Assembly: GCA_035712145.1 (NCBI GenBank)
Contig: DASTBI010000096.1
Span: forward strand, 16,513-80,512
From: Candidatus Eiseniibacteriota bacterium
GTDB taxonomy: Bacteria; Eisenbacteria; RBG-16-71-46
Length of the DNA stretch: 64,000 bases
Reading direction: 5' to 3'
Shown here: piece after piece, positions 26,281 through 36,200 of the stretch
How positions within the stretch are numbered: the first letter of the stretch is position 1
Layout of the letters: each line of letters opens with the position of its first letter
Program-made: the position numbers and the translations under genes
Notes under the pieces: model-generated
Told to the model about the DNA's origin: nothing
The model's database searches: none
What the model saw: only the letters and a program-made list of their open reading frames with translations

Positions 26281-28962
26281 ATGCCTCGCTGGTTCCATCG
26301 CCATGCCCTCTCTCTGGCCCTCGTGATTCTCATGACCGGGGGGGCATCGGCCGAAGTCGATGAGAACCAGCTCCAGCAGTACAAGCGGCTGCAGCGGCAC
26401 ATTCTTCTGAGCGAGCCCGCCGAGAAGGTGGAGAAGATCGAGCGACGCCGGGAGCAATACCGCGAGATGAAGCGCCAGGCGAAGAAAGGCGGCAAGGCGA
26501 ATCGGAAGGCCGCGGCCGAGCGCTCGGAGAACGCCACGGCAGGTCAGCGTGGCAAGCCCTTCCGGCCGCCGACCGATCTCCAGCTGGGCTCGCGTCTCGC
26601 CCCCAAGAGTGGCGAGTCCACGCGCTCCCGGTTGTCCGCGATCACGGCGCCGCCCAACCGGCTGATGAACGACCGCAACGGCGAGCCGGTCGGCTCCTGC
26701 CAGTCGGAAGTCTCGATCGCCGCGCACGACAGCAATATCGTCGCCGCCTGGAACGACGGCATCGGCATCTATCCCATACCCGCCGAAGACACTCAGGGGT
26801 TCGGCTATTCGACCGACGGCGGACTGACGTGGATCGACGGCGGAGCCGTGCCGAATGACGGCAGCTTCCTTTGGAGCAGCGACCCGGTCGTCGTGGTGAA
26901 CGAGAAGACCGGTGTCTTCCATTACTGCGGACTCATCGACAACCCGAACACCAACGTGAACGGCATCGCGATCGTGCGCGGCACCTTCTCGGGCTCGACC
27001 TTCACCTGGGATCCGCCGGTGGTGGTGCGCACGTTCCCCAACGGCTCGAATCTCATCGACAAGCAATGGCTGGCGGTCGATTCGCTGAGCGGCAATCTGT
27101 ACATGACGTACTCGAACTTCGTATTGACGGGCGGTGTCCCGACGTCCAACTCGATCCAGTTCACTCGCTCGACCAACGGCGGCGCGACCTGGAGCAATCC
27201 CGTCACGCTCTCGGCGGGCGTCGACGCGAGCCTGGTGCAGGGCTCGCGACCGTGCGTGGGGCCTGATGGGGAGCTCTACACGGTGTGGCACGCGATCGGG
27301 CAGCCCATCAATAGTCCCTTTGGCCGCGATTTCTTCCGCGTCCGCAAGTCGACGGATGGCGGCGCTTCGTTCGGCGCCCAGGTGACCGCCGACAGCATCT
27401 TCTCCAACTTCTCGAACGGCGCTCCAGGATTCAACCGAGGAATCGGCATCACCTTCCCGGCGATCGCGGTGGATCGCACCAACGGCCCGGATCGCGGGCG
27501 CGTGTACCTCAGCTGGAACGAGTCGCTCAATTTCTTCAACGATCCGCTGCCGGCCCCCGGTCAGGACCCGGCGCGTCGCGAGGTCGAGCCCAACGACGCG
27601 GAGCCCTTCATCACCGGATCCTCTCCCACGCCGTTCACCCCCGGCGAGATCCTCCGTGGCGTGATCTCACGCCCCAGCTCGGGCGGCACGAGCCGTGGCG
27701 ACTGGGATTACTGGCGCTGGAACGGCAATCAGGGGCAGACCGTCATCTTCTATCTCGACTCGCTCTCGGCGAGCCTCGATGCATCCTTCCGGATCTTCTG
27801 CACCGATGGATCGACCAACCTCGCCTTCAGTCAGAACGGAACCGGCGGACCGGCGCTGCTGGTGTTCACCGCCCCCACGACCGGCGTGTATTACATCCGC
27901 GTCGCCTCGTATCAGGGCGCTTCGGTCGGTGGGTACCGGATCCTGACCACCACGAACTTCCCGCAGAACGATCGCGCGCGCGATCATCGCGACATCTTCT
28001 CCAAGTCATCCACCAATGGCGCCACGTGGGGGCCCACGAGGCGCGTCAACGACAGTCCGGGGTATTTCGACGACTGGCTGCCGGAGGTGACGGTCGACGG
28101 GGCCGGACGGGTCTTCATCGCCAACTACGACTGGCGTGACGCCACGAACATCTGCGGCGGCGGATCGAACATCTATCTCTACCGTTCGGACGACGGCGGC
28201 GACAACTGGATCCCCGGCACGCGCATGACCGACGTCACCACCAACTGGACGCTGACCTACAGCACGCTGATGCCGAACCAGGGCGACTACATTGGGCTGA
28301 CGGCGGTGGACTCGGTGATCTTCCTCGCCTGGGCCGACGGCCGGGACGCCGATCCGAACGACCAGCTGGTCGACCCGGATCCCGACGTCTACATGACCTC
28401 GACCACGCTGAGCTGTCAGTCGGCGCCGGTGGCGCTGGTGAGTGCGGTCCAGCTGAGCGACACCGTCGTGGTGACCTGGTCCGCGCCTCAGGGTTTCCAG
28501 GCAACGCTCTCGCGCCGCGTCGACACCGGCGCCTTCGTCGATATCGGGCCAGTCACCGCCGACGCCAACGACCAGATCGTCTACGTCGACAGCGGCATCG
28601 CGCAGGGCCATACCTACACCTACCGGCTCGAGGTCCAGGGCTTCTGCCAGGTCTTCGCGGGAACGGCGTCGGTCCTGGTCCCGGGACCCCCGGCGATGCC
28701 GTTCGGCATCACGCTGATCCGACCGAATCCCAGCCGACACGACGTCATCGTCGAGCTTCAGAGGCGTGGAACGGCGCCGGCCTACCTCGAGCTGCTCGAC
28801 GTCACCGGCCGCCAGATCAACAAGGTCCAGGTCCCCTGTCCGGCGGGTCTCTACTGCGCCGTCAACATCACCCTCGGCCTCACCGTCAAGCCAGGGATGT
28901 ACTTCGTCCGGCTGAGCGAGGGATCCGACGAGTCGGTGAAGCGGGTGAGCATCTTCCCGTGA
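26281..28962 (+). CDS. Secreted BNR/Asp-box repeat (sialidase-like) protein with a PPC-like domain and an FlgD-Ig/T9SS-type C-terminal sorting domain
   Basis: It has a signal peptide. Asp-boxes are STDGGLTW, STNGGATW, STDGGASF and SDDGGDNW. The C-terminal ~80 aa (IRPNPSRHDV...GMYFVRL...KRVSIFP) is the sorting domain. The ATG at 26281 was checked against the sequence. Confidence 0.7.
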   Translation: MPRWFHRHALSLALVILMTGGASAEVDENQLQQYKRLQRHILLSEPAEKVEKIERRREQYREMKRQAKKGGKANRKAAAERSENATAGQRGKPFRPPTDLQLGSRLAPKSGESTRSRLSAITAPPNRLMNDRNGEPVGSCQSEVSIAAHDSNIVAAWNDGIGIYPIPAEDTQGFGYSTDGGLTWIDGGAVPNDGSFLWSSDPVVVVNEKTGVFHYCGLIDNPNTNVNGIAIVRGTFSGSTFTWDPPVVVRTFPNGSNLIDKQWLAVDSLSGNLYMTYSNFVLTGGVPTSNSIQFTRSTNGGATWSNPVTLSAGVDASLVQGSRPCVGPDGELYTVWHAIGQPINSPFGRDFFRVRKSTDGGASFGAQVTADSIFSNFSNGAPGFNRGIGITFPAIAVDRTNGPDRGRVYLSWNESLNFFNDPLPAPGQDPARREVEPNDAEPFITGSSPTPFTPGEILRGVISRPSSGGTSRGDWDYWRWNGNQGQTVIFYLDSLSASLDASFRIFCTDGSTNLAFSQNGTGGPALLVFTAPTTGVYYIRVASYQGASVGGYRILTTTNFPQNDRARDHRDIFSKSSTNGATWGPTRRVNDSPGYFDDWLPEVTVDGAGRVFIANYDWRDATNICGGGSNIYLYRSDDGGDNWIPGTRMTDVTTNWTLTYSTLMPNQGDYIGLTAVDSVIFLAWADGRDADPNDQLVDPDPDVYMTSTTLSCQSAPVALVSAVQLSDTVVVTWSAPQGFQATLSRRVDTGAFVDIGPVTADANDQIVYVDSGIAQGHTYTYRLEVQGFCQVFAGTASVLVPGPPAMPFGITLIRPNPSRHDVIVELQRRGTAPAYLELLDVTGRQINKVQVPCPAGLYCAVNITLGLTVKPGMYFVRLSEGSDESVKRVSIFP

Positions 28963-28975
28963 GGCGCTCCACCGT

Positions 28976-30802
28976 GTGAGCCGGTCGCGATTTCGACTCC
29001 GCCACACCGCAACCGCCACCTTGCTTGCTGCCGCGTGGCTGCTTTCCCCTTCGCCGTCGCGGACGCAGGGCACGAGCGACTGGCAGACGCACGCCGAGCG
29101 CACGCAATTCCGCGAGACCGGCGATTATGCCGAGGCGATCGACTTCTGCCGGCGCCTCGAGCGCGCTTCGCCATGGGTGAAGCTCGTCACCTACGGCACG
29201 AGCGGGCAGGGGCGCGCGCTGCCTCTGCTCGTGGTCTCGAAGGATCGCGCCTTCACGCCCGAGGCGGCGCGCCGCGTGGGCAAGCCGATCATCCTCGTGC
29301 AGAACGGCATCCACTCCGGGGAGATCGAGGGCAAGGACGCCAGCCTGGCGCTGATCCGCGACATCGCGGTCACCCGGTCACGGGCCGCCCTGCTCGACCA
29401 TGCCACGCTGCTCGTGCTGCCGATCTTCTCGGTCGATGCCCACGAGCGCCGGAGCCGCTTCAACCGGATCAACCAGAACGGGCCCGAGCAGATGGGATGG
29501 CGCTCGACGCCGATCGGCCTCAACCTGAATCGCGATTACCTCAAGGCCGAGGCGCCGGAGATGAAAGCCATGCTCGGCCAGGTGTTCACCCGGTGGTGGC
29601 CGCACCTGCTGGTCGACAATCACACCACCGACGGCGCCGACTATCGCTACGACCTGACGTACGGCATCGATCGCGGACCCTCGGTGCCGCAGGCGGTGCA
29701 GCGCTGGACGGAAGAGGCGCTGGTCGGCCGCGTGATGCCGAACCTGGAGGCGATGGGGCACGTGGTCGCTCCGTATCTCGGCTTCCGGCGCTGGCACGAT
29801 CCACGGAGCGGCATCGACCTGGGCTCGTCGCCGCCGCGCTTCTCGACGGGCTACGCCAGCATCCAGTGCCGCCCCGGTCTCCTGGTCGAGACGCACATGC
29901 TCAAGTCCTACGAGTCGCGGGTGAAGGCCACCTACGACCTCATGGTGGCGCTGCTCACGGAGGTGAATGCGCACCCGGAAGCATTGAGAAACGCGGTCGC
30001 CACCGCGGAGGCGCAAGTGTTGGCGCGAGGCCGTGAGCTGGATCCCGCGCGGCGCGCCGTGGTGTTGCGCTCGCTGCCGAGCGGCAAGGCCGAAACGATG
30101 CCGTACCGCGGCATCGAGGCCCGGGAGACGTGGAGCGAAATCGCCGCCGCGCCGGTCCCTCGCTTCACGGGGGCGCCCTGGGACACGGTGATTCCGGTCT
30201 ACCGCGAACAGATCCCGGCGCTGTCGATCACCCAGCCCGCCGGTTACCTGGTGCCGCGCGAGTGGACGATCGTCGCCGAGAAGCTCGACCTCCACGGCGT
30301 GCGCTACCGGCGCTTCGCCAAGGCCTGGGTGGACTCGGTGGAGCTGCAGCAGGTCCTCGAGTGGAACGCCGAGCGCCTGAGCGAGGGACATCGTCCGATC
30401 GCCGTCAGCCGGGTCGCGCTGCGAAAGGCGCAGCGGACATTCCGGGAAGGCGATCTCTGGATCCCTCTGAATCAGCGCGGCGCGCTGGTGGCGATGCATC
30501 TGCTCGAAGCCCAGGCGCCGGACGGCCTCATGCGATGGAACGCGTTCGACACGGTCTTCGAGCGCAAGGAGTTCGCCGAGCGCTACGTCATGGAGCCGCT
30601 GGCGCGACGAATGATGGAGAAGGACCCGGCGCTCGCCGATTCCTTCCGCGCGCAGGTGAAGCGGGATTCGGTGTTCGCGCGCGACCCGGATGCGCGGCTC
30701 GACTACTTCTTTCGCCGATCACCGTGGGCCGATCCGGATCAGGACGTCCACCCGGCCTCGCGCGCGCTGCGCACGCCGCCCGAGAGCGTGCTGAAGAAGT
30801 AG
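28976..30802 (+). CDS. Secreted M14 family zinc carboxypeptidase
   Basis: The motifs HSGEIEG (HxxE), NRDY and DNHT, plus a signal peptide, are present. Confidence 0.75.
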   Translation: MSRSRFRLRHTATATLLAAAWLLSPSPSRTQGTSDWQTHAERTQFRETGDYAEAIDFCRRLERASPWVKLVTYGTSGQGRALPLLVVSKDRAFTPEAARRVGKPIILVQNGIHSGEIEGKDASLALIRDIAVTRSRAALLDHATLLVLPIFSVDAHERRSRFNRINQNGPEQMGWRSTPIGLNLNRDYLKAEAPEMKAMLGQVFTRWWPHLLVDNHTTDGADYRYDLTYGIDRGPSVPQAVQRWTEEALVGRVMPNLEAMGHVVAPYLGFRRWHDPRSGIDLGSSPPRFSTGYASIQCRPGLLVETHMLKSYESRVKATYDLMVALLTEVNAHPEALRNAVATAEAQVLARGRELDPARRAVVLRSLPSGKAETMPYRGIEARETWSEIAAAPVPRFTGAPWDTVIPVYREQIPALSITQPAGYLVPREWTIVAEKLDLHGVRYRRFAKAWVDSVELQQVLEWNAERLSEGHRPIAVSRVALRKAQRTFREGDLWIPLNQRGALVAMHLLEAQAPDGLMRWNAFDTVFERKEFAERYVMEPLARRMMEKDPALADSFRAQVKRDSVFARDPDARLDYFFRRSPWADPDQDVHPASRALRTPPESVLKK

Positions 30803-30815
30803 AAGCGCCTTCCGG

Positions 30816-31349
30816 TCAGCGCCCCCGGCGAGCGCGCGACGCCTGCCGGACCTCCTCGGCCTCGCGCGGAAAGCCATTGTCGCCGTAGCGGGACACGGTC
30901 TCGCTCGCCACACCGGCGCGCAGAGCGAGCGCCGAATAGTTTCGGCCGTCGAGAAAGAAGTAGCCGAGCGTTCGACCGTAGCGGTCCAGCGTGGCGGCTC
31001 GCAGGAGCTCCACGTCGCGCGCCATCGCGAAGGCGCCGCGCGCGAACCCGCGAGCCTCGACCCCGGCCACGTTGAAGCCGCGAGGCGCCGCGGGTCTGCG
31101 TGCCCGCGCGCCGCGCACGAACAGCTCGGGCGTGTCGATCCCCAGCACGCGGACCGTCTCCTTCTCGGCCTGGCTCCACGAGATCTCCGCCGTGTCCCCG
31201 TCCATGATCCGAATGCGCCCCTCGTCCACGCGCTGGCGAACGCCATGAGGACGCGAGGCCGCTCGGGCGACCTCTGGAGTCGTCTCGGAACGACCGATGG
31301 GCGCGAACAGCGACGTCGCGCACAGGGCCAGCGCCGTGAAACGGACCAT
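30816..31349 (-). CDS. Secreted thermonuclease (SNase-like)
   Basis: It has a signal peptide, LGIDTPE and DRYGRTL. The start is taken at an internal Met. Confidence 0.7.
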   Translation of the reverse strand: MVRFTALALCATSLFAPIGRSETTPEVARAASRPHGVRQRVDEGRIRIMDGDTAEISWSQAEKETVRVLGIDTPELFVRGARARRPAAPRGFNVAGVEARGFARGAFAMARDVELLRAATLDRYGRTLGYFFLDGRNYSALALRAGVASETVSRYGDNGFPREAEEVRQASRARRGR

Positions 31350-31584
31350 CCGTGCCGCATGAGTGGCGCCGTGACGCGGCGCTGGAGCCCTTTCGAGGGC
31401 CATCTCCCGGTCTCGACGAATCATGGGTCCGTTTGTACACCCGGCCGCGAAGCCGTGGCAAAAGGGGCAGCTCGACCACCGTCACGGCACGTAACCCTTT
31501 ACAGACAAAGCCTCCCCGCCTCGGCACGGCCCTTGTTAGGTAGCACCGGCAACGGATCACTCATAACAGCCACGGAGGTCAGCC

Positions 31585-32157
31585 ATGATGCATCATCGAG
31601 TCGTATTGCGATTGCTGGATCGCGCCCTGATCGGCGCGCTCCTGCTGCTCGCCCTCCTGCTGCTGGGGGTGAATGCCGCCCGCGCCGCGGGCCAGATCGT
31701 GCCTTCGATCGGTCTCACCAAAGCCGTGAACGGCGATGACGAAACCCAAATTTCCGGGGGTCTTGCCGTGCGCGGGACGATCCTGCCGCTCCTCATGGGC
31801 GAGATCGGCGCCTCGTACCGCAACGACGAGTTCTTCGGCGGCGCTCTCGACGTGCGCCAGTGGCCGGTGACCGCGTCGCTCTACGTCACCCCCATTCCTT
31901 CGATCTACGCGGGCGGCGGCGTGGGCTGGTACCACACGACGTTCGACTACGAGGAAGAGACCGGCATTCCGAATTCGACGTCCGAGGAGTTCGGCGTCCA
32001 CCTCGGCGGCGGTCTTCAGATTCCGCTCATGTCCGTGGCCGCGCTCGATCTGGGCGGACGCTACGTCTTCATGCAGGACCAGGAAGCCCGGCTGGTGCCA
32101 GAGACGTTCGATCCGGACTTCTGGACCACCTCGCTCGGTATCGCGATCAAGTTCTAG
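31585..32157 (+). CDS. Outer-membrane beta-barrel protein (OmpW/OmpA-like barrel)
   Basis: It has a signal peptide, alternating amphipathic beta-strand patterning, and a C-terminal GIAIKF ending in Phe. Confidence 0.65.
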   Translation: MMHHRVVLRLLDRALIGALLLLALLLLGVNAARAAGQIVPSIGLTKAVNGDDETQISGGLAVRGTILPLLMGEIGASYRNDEFFGGALDVRQWPVTASLYVTPIPSIYAGGGVGWYHTTFDYEEETGIPNSTSEEFGVHLGGGLQIPLMSVAALDLGGRYVFMQDQEARLVPETFDPDFWTTSLGIAIKF

Positions 32158-32168
32158 AGAGAAGCGGA

Positions 32169-32200
32169 GCGGCGGGGCTTCCAGAGGCCCCGCCGTTCAT
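32169..32200. terminator. Hairpin between convergent genes (putative bidirectional terminator)
   Basis: ggcggggc ttccagag gccccgcc is followed by a T-containing tract. Confidence 0.4.
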
Positions 32201-33267
32201 TTCCAACCTTCGCGCACGGCGCGGCCGTAGGCCGCCCAGTAGGGATCGGATTCGGGAATGCTCAACGGCCTAACACCACCGTCGAACTCCGTCAGCCAGA
32301 GCTTCCCGCCCTTGCCGATCACTTCCCCGATATCGGCGACGACGATCCCCGCTTCCGAGAGCGAAGCCAGCGCATCCGCAACATGCGCCGGCCGCACCGT
32401 CGCCAGAAGCGTTCCTTCCGAGAGCGTCCAGTACGGATCGATGCCGAAGACTTCGCACGCCGCGCGGGCCTCCTGCGACAGCGGAATCTTCGACTTCTCG
32501 ACACGCAGCTCGTTGCCCGAAGCCCTGGCGAGCTCCACGAGACCGCCCAGGACGCCGCCTTCGGTGGCGTCATGAAGGCACGTCACGCCGCGGTCGCGAA
32601 CGCCGACATGGATCAGTGCGCGGCAGTCCTCCACCACGCTGACCTGTTCGAGGAGGCCGCGCGCCCGCTCGAGGCCGGCTTCGTCCAGGACCGCTGCGAG
32701 CCGTTCTGGAAACAGGCGCGCCGCGATCGCCGTAGCCTCGATCGCGCAGCCTTTGGTCACGAGGATGCGATCACCGGTCTGGACGAAGGCCGGCGACAGG
32801 TAGCGGCCCTCGTCACCCAGGCCGATCAGCGTGCCGGCGCCCACGATGGTGAGGCCGCAGCCTTCGTAACGCCCGGTGTGCCCCGCGACCACCGCCACCT
32901 CGAGCCGCCGCCACTCCGCGTGCATGGCCTCGAGATAGGCGCCGATCGTGGGGTCGGGCAGATCAGGCGGGAAGTGAAAGCTGCAGGTCGCGAACGCCGG
33001 GGGAATGCCGCTGGCCCAGGCGTCGGAAGCGAGCAACCGGCAGGCAAGCCGGGCGGAATCCTCGGGTCCCAGCGCGGGCACCAGCGACAGCGGATCGGTG
33101 GTGATCGCCATCACGCGGCCGGCGCCGACACGAACGATGGCGCCGTCGTAGCCGGCGCGGGGACCGACCAGCACTTCGCCGCGCGAAGCTCCGAGATGCG
33201 GCGCGATCCAGCGGTCGAACGCTTCGGGTCCGATCTTGCCGAGCGAGACAGCGGAGCGGTCCGCCAT
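32197..33267 (-). CDS. AIR synthase-related (PurM-like superfamily) protein
   Basis: The N-terminal PurM-like fold is present (VMAITTDPL ... AVVAGHTGRY), with a C-terminal domain. The specific member (HypE, ThiL or SelD) is not assignable. Confidence 0.65.
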   Translation of the reverse strand: MADRSAVSLGKIGPEAFDRWIAPHLGASRGEVLVGPRAGYDGAIVRVGAGRVMAITTDPLSLVPALGPEDSARLACRLLASDAWASGIPPAFATCSFHFPPDLPDPTIGAYLEAMHAEWRRLEVAVVAGHTGRYEGCGLTIVGAGTLIGLGDEGRYLSPAFVQTGDRILVTKGCAIEATAIAARLFPERLAAVLDEAGLERARGLLEQVSVVEDCRALIHVGVRDRGVTCLHDATEGGVLGGLVELARASGNELRVEKSKIPLSQEARAACEVFGIDPYWTLSEGTLLATVRPAHVADALASLSEAGIVVADIGEVIGKGGKLWLTEFDGGVRPLSIPESDPYWAAYGRAVREGWK

Positions 33268-33419
33268 GCGCGCAGTCTCGTCATTCGACCTGTTCCACAC
33301 AAGTGTGCTCGAAACTCTCAGGGTCTCGAGGCAAACGCTCCCTTTTCCTTTTCAAGCCTCTCAGTCGTCGCCGGTCTTCGTGCCGGTTCTCATCCGCCAT
33401 TCGGGAGAGGAGTCCTTCC

Positions 33420-34265
33420 GTGAATACGAAGCGCTTCCTTGCGGTTCTGGCAGCCCTGGTCGCCATGGCCGGGCTTGCCGGTTGTTCGGACAACGATGAT
33501 GACGGCGTCGGGCCGACCACCGGACGCCTGCAAGTCCAGCTCACTGACGCGGCCACGGTGCTCGAGGAGGTCAACATCGTCGTGACCGAGATCGCGGTCC
33601 ACCGATCGGGCTCCGACACCACCTCCTGGGAGGTGATTCGAGACGACAGCACCACGGTCGACGTGCTGACGCTGCAAAACGGCGTCATCCGTCAGCTGGC
33701 GGTGGCGAACGTCCCTTCGGGACGCTATACGCAGATCCGACTGAAGGTCGGAGCCGGCTCCACGGTGGTGGACGATGGCGTGACCCACCCGCTCGTCATT
33801 CCGAGTGGATTCACGAGCGGCATCAAGATCCTCGGCAACTTCGACGTGCCGGCGGGCGGCACCTCCGATCTGACCCTCGACTTCGACGCCCGTCGCTCGG
33901 TGCACATGACGGGGGCCGGCGTCTACATGCTGCGGCCGGTCATCCGGATGGTCGTGAATCGCGCGACGACCGCGGGCACGATCATTGGACGCCTGCAGCC
34001 GGACAGCACCGCCGCCTATGTCTACGCCATCCGCTCCGGGACGGACACCGTTCAGACCGCGCGGGCGGCTCTGAGCGGACAGTTCATCCTGAGCACGCTG
34101 CCGGTCGGGACCTACACGGTCGCCATCGATCCGGACACTGCCTACCGCGACACGGTGCGTACGAGCGTGAACGTCACGGCCGGAGCGACGACCAATGTGG
34201 GAGACATCGTGCTCACGCACGAGCCGGTGGCAGCTCCCGTGGTGGCCACGCGACGCCGGCACTGA
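33420..34265 (+). CDS. Lipoprotein, DUF4382-like
   Basis: The lipobox LAGCS, a GGGAGAGGAG RBS and a GTG start are present. Motifs include TQIRLKVGAGSTVVDDG and LTLDFDARRS. Confidence 0.6.
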   Translation: MNTKRFLAVLAALVAMAGLAGCSDNDDDGVGPTTGRLQVQLTDAATVLEEVNIVVTEIAVHRSGSDTTSWEVIRDDSTTVDVLTLQNGVIRQLAVANVPSGRYTQIRLKVGAGSTVVDDGVTHPLVIPSGFTSGIKILGNFDVPAGGTSDLTLDFDARRSVHMTGAGVYMLRPVIRMVVNRATTAGTIIGRLQPDSTAAYVYAIRSGTDTVQTARAALSGQFILSTLPVGTYTVAIDPDTAYRDTVRTSVNVTAGATTNVGDIVLTHEPVAAPVVATRRRH

Positions 34266-34443
34266 GCGGGTCTGGCTCTGGGAAGCAAGAGGCTCTGGGG
34301 GATTTCCCCCAGGGCCTCTTTGCGCTGCGAAATGTGATGTCGCGCCCCCGTTCCTGTCCTATCATCTTCATCGCCTCTCGACGGGTTGCCGGCAGGATGC
34401 CGGTTTCGCGCATCTGTGCCACCAACATCTCGGGAGATTCATC

Positions 34444-35280
34444 GTGCACATCGAACGCTTCATCCCCCGGCTCGCGGCGCTCTTTCTCCTCCTGGCGCTC
34501 GCGAGTTGCTCCAGCGATCCCACGGCCGGCAAGCTCGGCCACGTCACCGTCCAGCTCACCGACGCCCCGGGCGATTACGAGCAGGTCAATCTCGTCGTGA
34601 CCGGAGTGTCCATTCATCGAGGCGATGAAGAGGACAGCGGCGGCTGGGAGTCTTTGACTCTCGACTCCACCACGGTCTACGACCTGCTCGAGCTGCGAAA
34701 CGGCGTCTTTGCCCAGCTCGCGGAAGGTGACGTTCCCGCCGGGCATTACACGCAGATCCGGCTGCATCTCGGCGCGGGCTCGAACGTGGTGATCGACGGG
34801 ACCACGCATGCGCTCACGGTCCCGAGCGGCATGCAGAGCGGTTACAAGCTGGTCGGCGAGTTCGACGTCCCGGCCGGCGGCGGAGTCGAGCTGACCCTCG
34901 ACTTCGATGCCGCGCGCTCGATCCATCGCACCGGCAATGGCCGCTACATGCTGAGACCCACGGTGCGTGTGATCGTCAATCAGGTCGCCACCACCGGCAA
35001 CATCATCGGTCACCTGCTGCCGGAAGGCGTCGACGCGACCATCTACGCCGTCTCCGGACCCGATACGGTGCAGACCACGGTGGCGGGAGCGGACGGGCGC
35101 TTCGACCTGGCCGCGCTGCTGCCCGGCAGCTACTCGGTGGCCATTCATCCCGAAGCGGCGTACCGCGACACCACGCTCACCGACGTGGCGGTCTCCGCGG
35201 GCGCTACCACGGACGTCGGCGATGTCGAGCTGACCCCGGTCGCCACGGGAACCGCGGGGATGGCCGGCAGTCTGAGATAG
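34444..35280 (+). CDS. Lipoprotein, DUF4382-like (tandem paralog)
   Basis: The lipobox LASCS is present, and it is colinear with the upstream paralog (TQIRLHLGAGSNVVIDG; LTLDFDAARS). The GTG start follows a GGGAGA RBS. Confidence 0.6.
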   Translation: MHIERFIPRLAALFLLLALASCSSDPTAGKLGHVTVQLTDAPGDYEQVNLVVTGVSIHRGDEEDSGGWESLTLDSTTVYDLLELRNGVFAQLAEGDVPAGHYTQIRLHLGAGSNVVIDGTTHALTVPSGMQSGYKLVGEFDVPAGGGVELTLDFDAARSIHRTGNGRYMLRPTVRVIVNQVATTGNIIGHLLPEGVDATIYAVSGPDTVQTTVAGADGRFDLAALLPGSYSVAIHPEAAYRDTTLTDVAVSAGATTDVGDVELTPVATGTAGMAGSLR

Positions 35281-35287
35281 AGCATGC

Positions 35288-35318
35288 GAAAGGCCCCGGG
35301 CGCTCGCCCGGGGCCTTC
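35288..35318. terminator. Strong GC hairpin between convergent genes (bidirectional terminator candidate)
   Basis: The stem-loop is aaaGGCCCCGGGCGctCGCCCGGGGCCtt. Confidence 0.5.
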
Positions 35319-35336
35319 GTGCGTAAGGAAGAGCGG

Positions 35337-36122
35337 CTACTTCTTCTCGGGACCGAAGATCCCGAACGCGGCGCCCTGCACATCCTTGAGGATCGCGAAT
35401 CGGCCCATGTCGGGAATGTTGGTGGGCGGGACCAGGGCCGAAGCGCCCAGCTCCTGCGCCTTCGCGAACTTCGCGTCGGTGTCGTCGACCATGAAGTAGC
35501 TGAGCCAGTGCGGCGGCACCGGTCCCATCTCCGGCTGGATCTGCATCATCCCTCCGGCGCTCGCGTCGCCGCGCTTGAAGATGGTGTAAGGCGGAGAGTC
35601 GGGCATGTTCATCGACTCCGGCTTCCAGGGCAGTAGCTTGCTGTAGAAGTCTCCTGCCTTGGCGGCGTCCTTGGTCATGAGCTCGGTCCAGCACAGCGAG
35701 TTGGGCTCGTCGATCTTGCCGACGCCGATGTTCTTCTTCGGCTCCCAGAGATTGAACACCGCACCGGTGGGATCCTGGAGGATCGCCATCCGCCCGTGCT
35801 CCATGACGTCAAAAGGCTCCATGATGGCGGTGCCGCCGAGCTCCTTGGCCTTGGCGGCGGAGCGGTCCGCGCTCTCCACCGACACGTAGGCGTTCCAGTG
35901 CGGGGGTCCGAGCCCTCTTTCCTCGTCGCGCATCGTGTACAGCGCGGCGACGTCCGCGCCGTCCGACTGGAAGATGGTGTAGACGCCCTGCGGGCCCATG
36001 TCGGTGTCGTTGAATGTCCAGCCGAAGAGTCCGGTGTAGAACTTCTTGGCTGCGCCCTGATCGATCGTCGCCAGCTCGGGCCAGCAGAAGGTCCCCGGAG
36101 CATGCTGTGTCACGGTCGCCAT
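35337..36122 (-). CDS. Tandem VOC (glyoxalase/bleomycin-resistance/dioxygenase) domain protein
   Basis: There are two VOC modules (FCWPELATIDQ..HWNAYVSV; LCWTELMTKDA..HWLSYFMV). The ATG at 36122 was checked. Confidence 0.75.
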   Translation of the reverse strand: MATVTQHAPGTFCWPELATIDQGAAKKFYTGLFGWTFNDTDMGPQGVYTIFQSDGADVAALYTMRDEERGLGPPHWNAYVSVESADRSAAKAKELGGTAIMEPFDVMEHGRMAILQDPTGAVFNLWEPKKNIGVGKIDEPNSLCWTELMTKDAAKAGDFYSKLLPWKPESMNMPDSPPYTIFKRGDASAGGMMQIQPEMGPVPPHWLSYFMVDDTDAKFAKAQELGASALVPPTNIPDMGRFAILKDVQGAAFGIFGPEKK

Positions 36123-36200
36123 GTTTTCAGCTCTCCTTCCCGAAGAGAGCGTCCCTGCAGTCCCAGCCCCCGTTCCCTGGCGGCCGTTCCTCCCGGTCAA

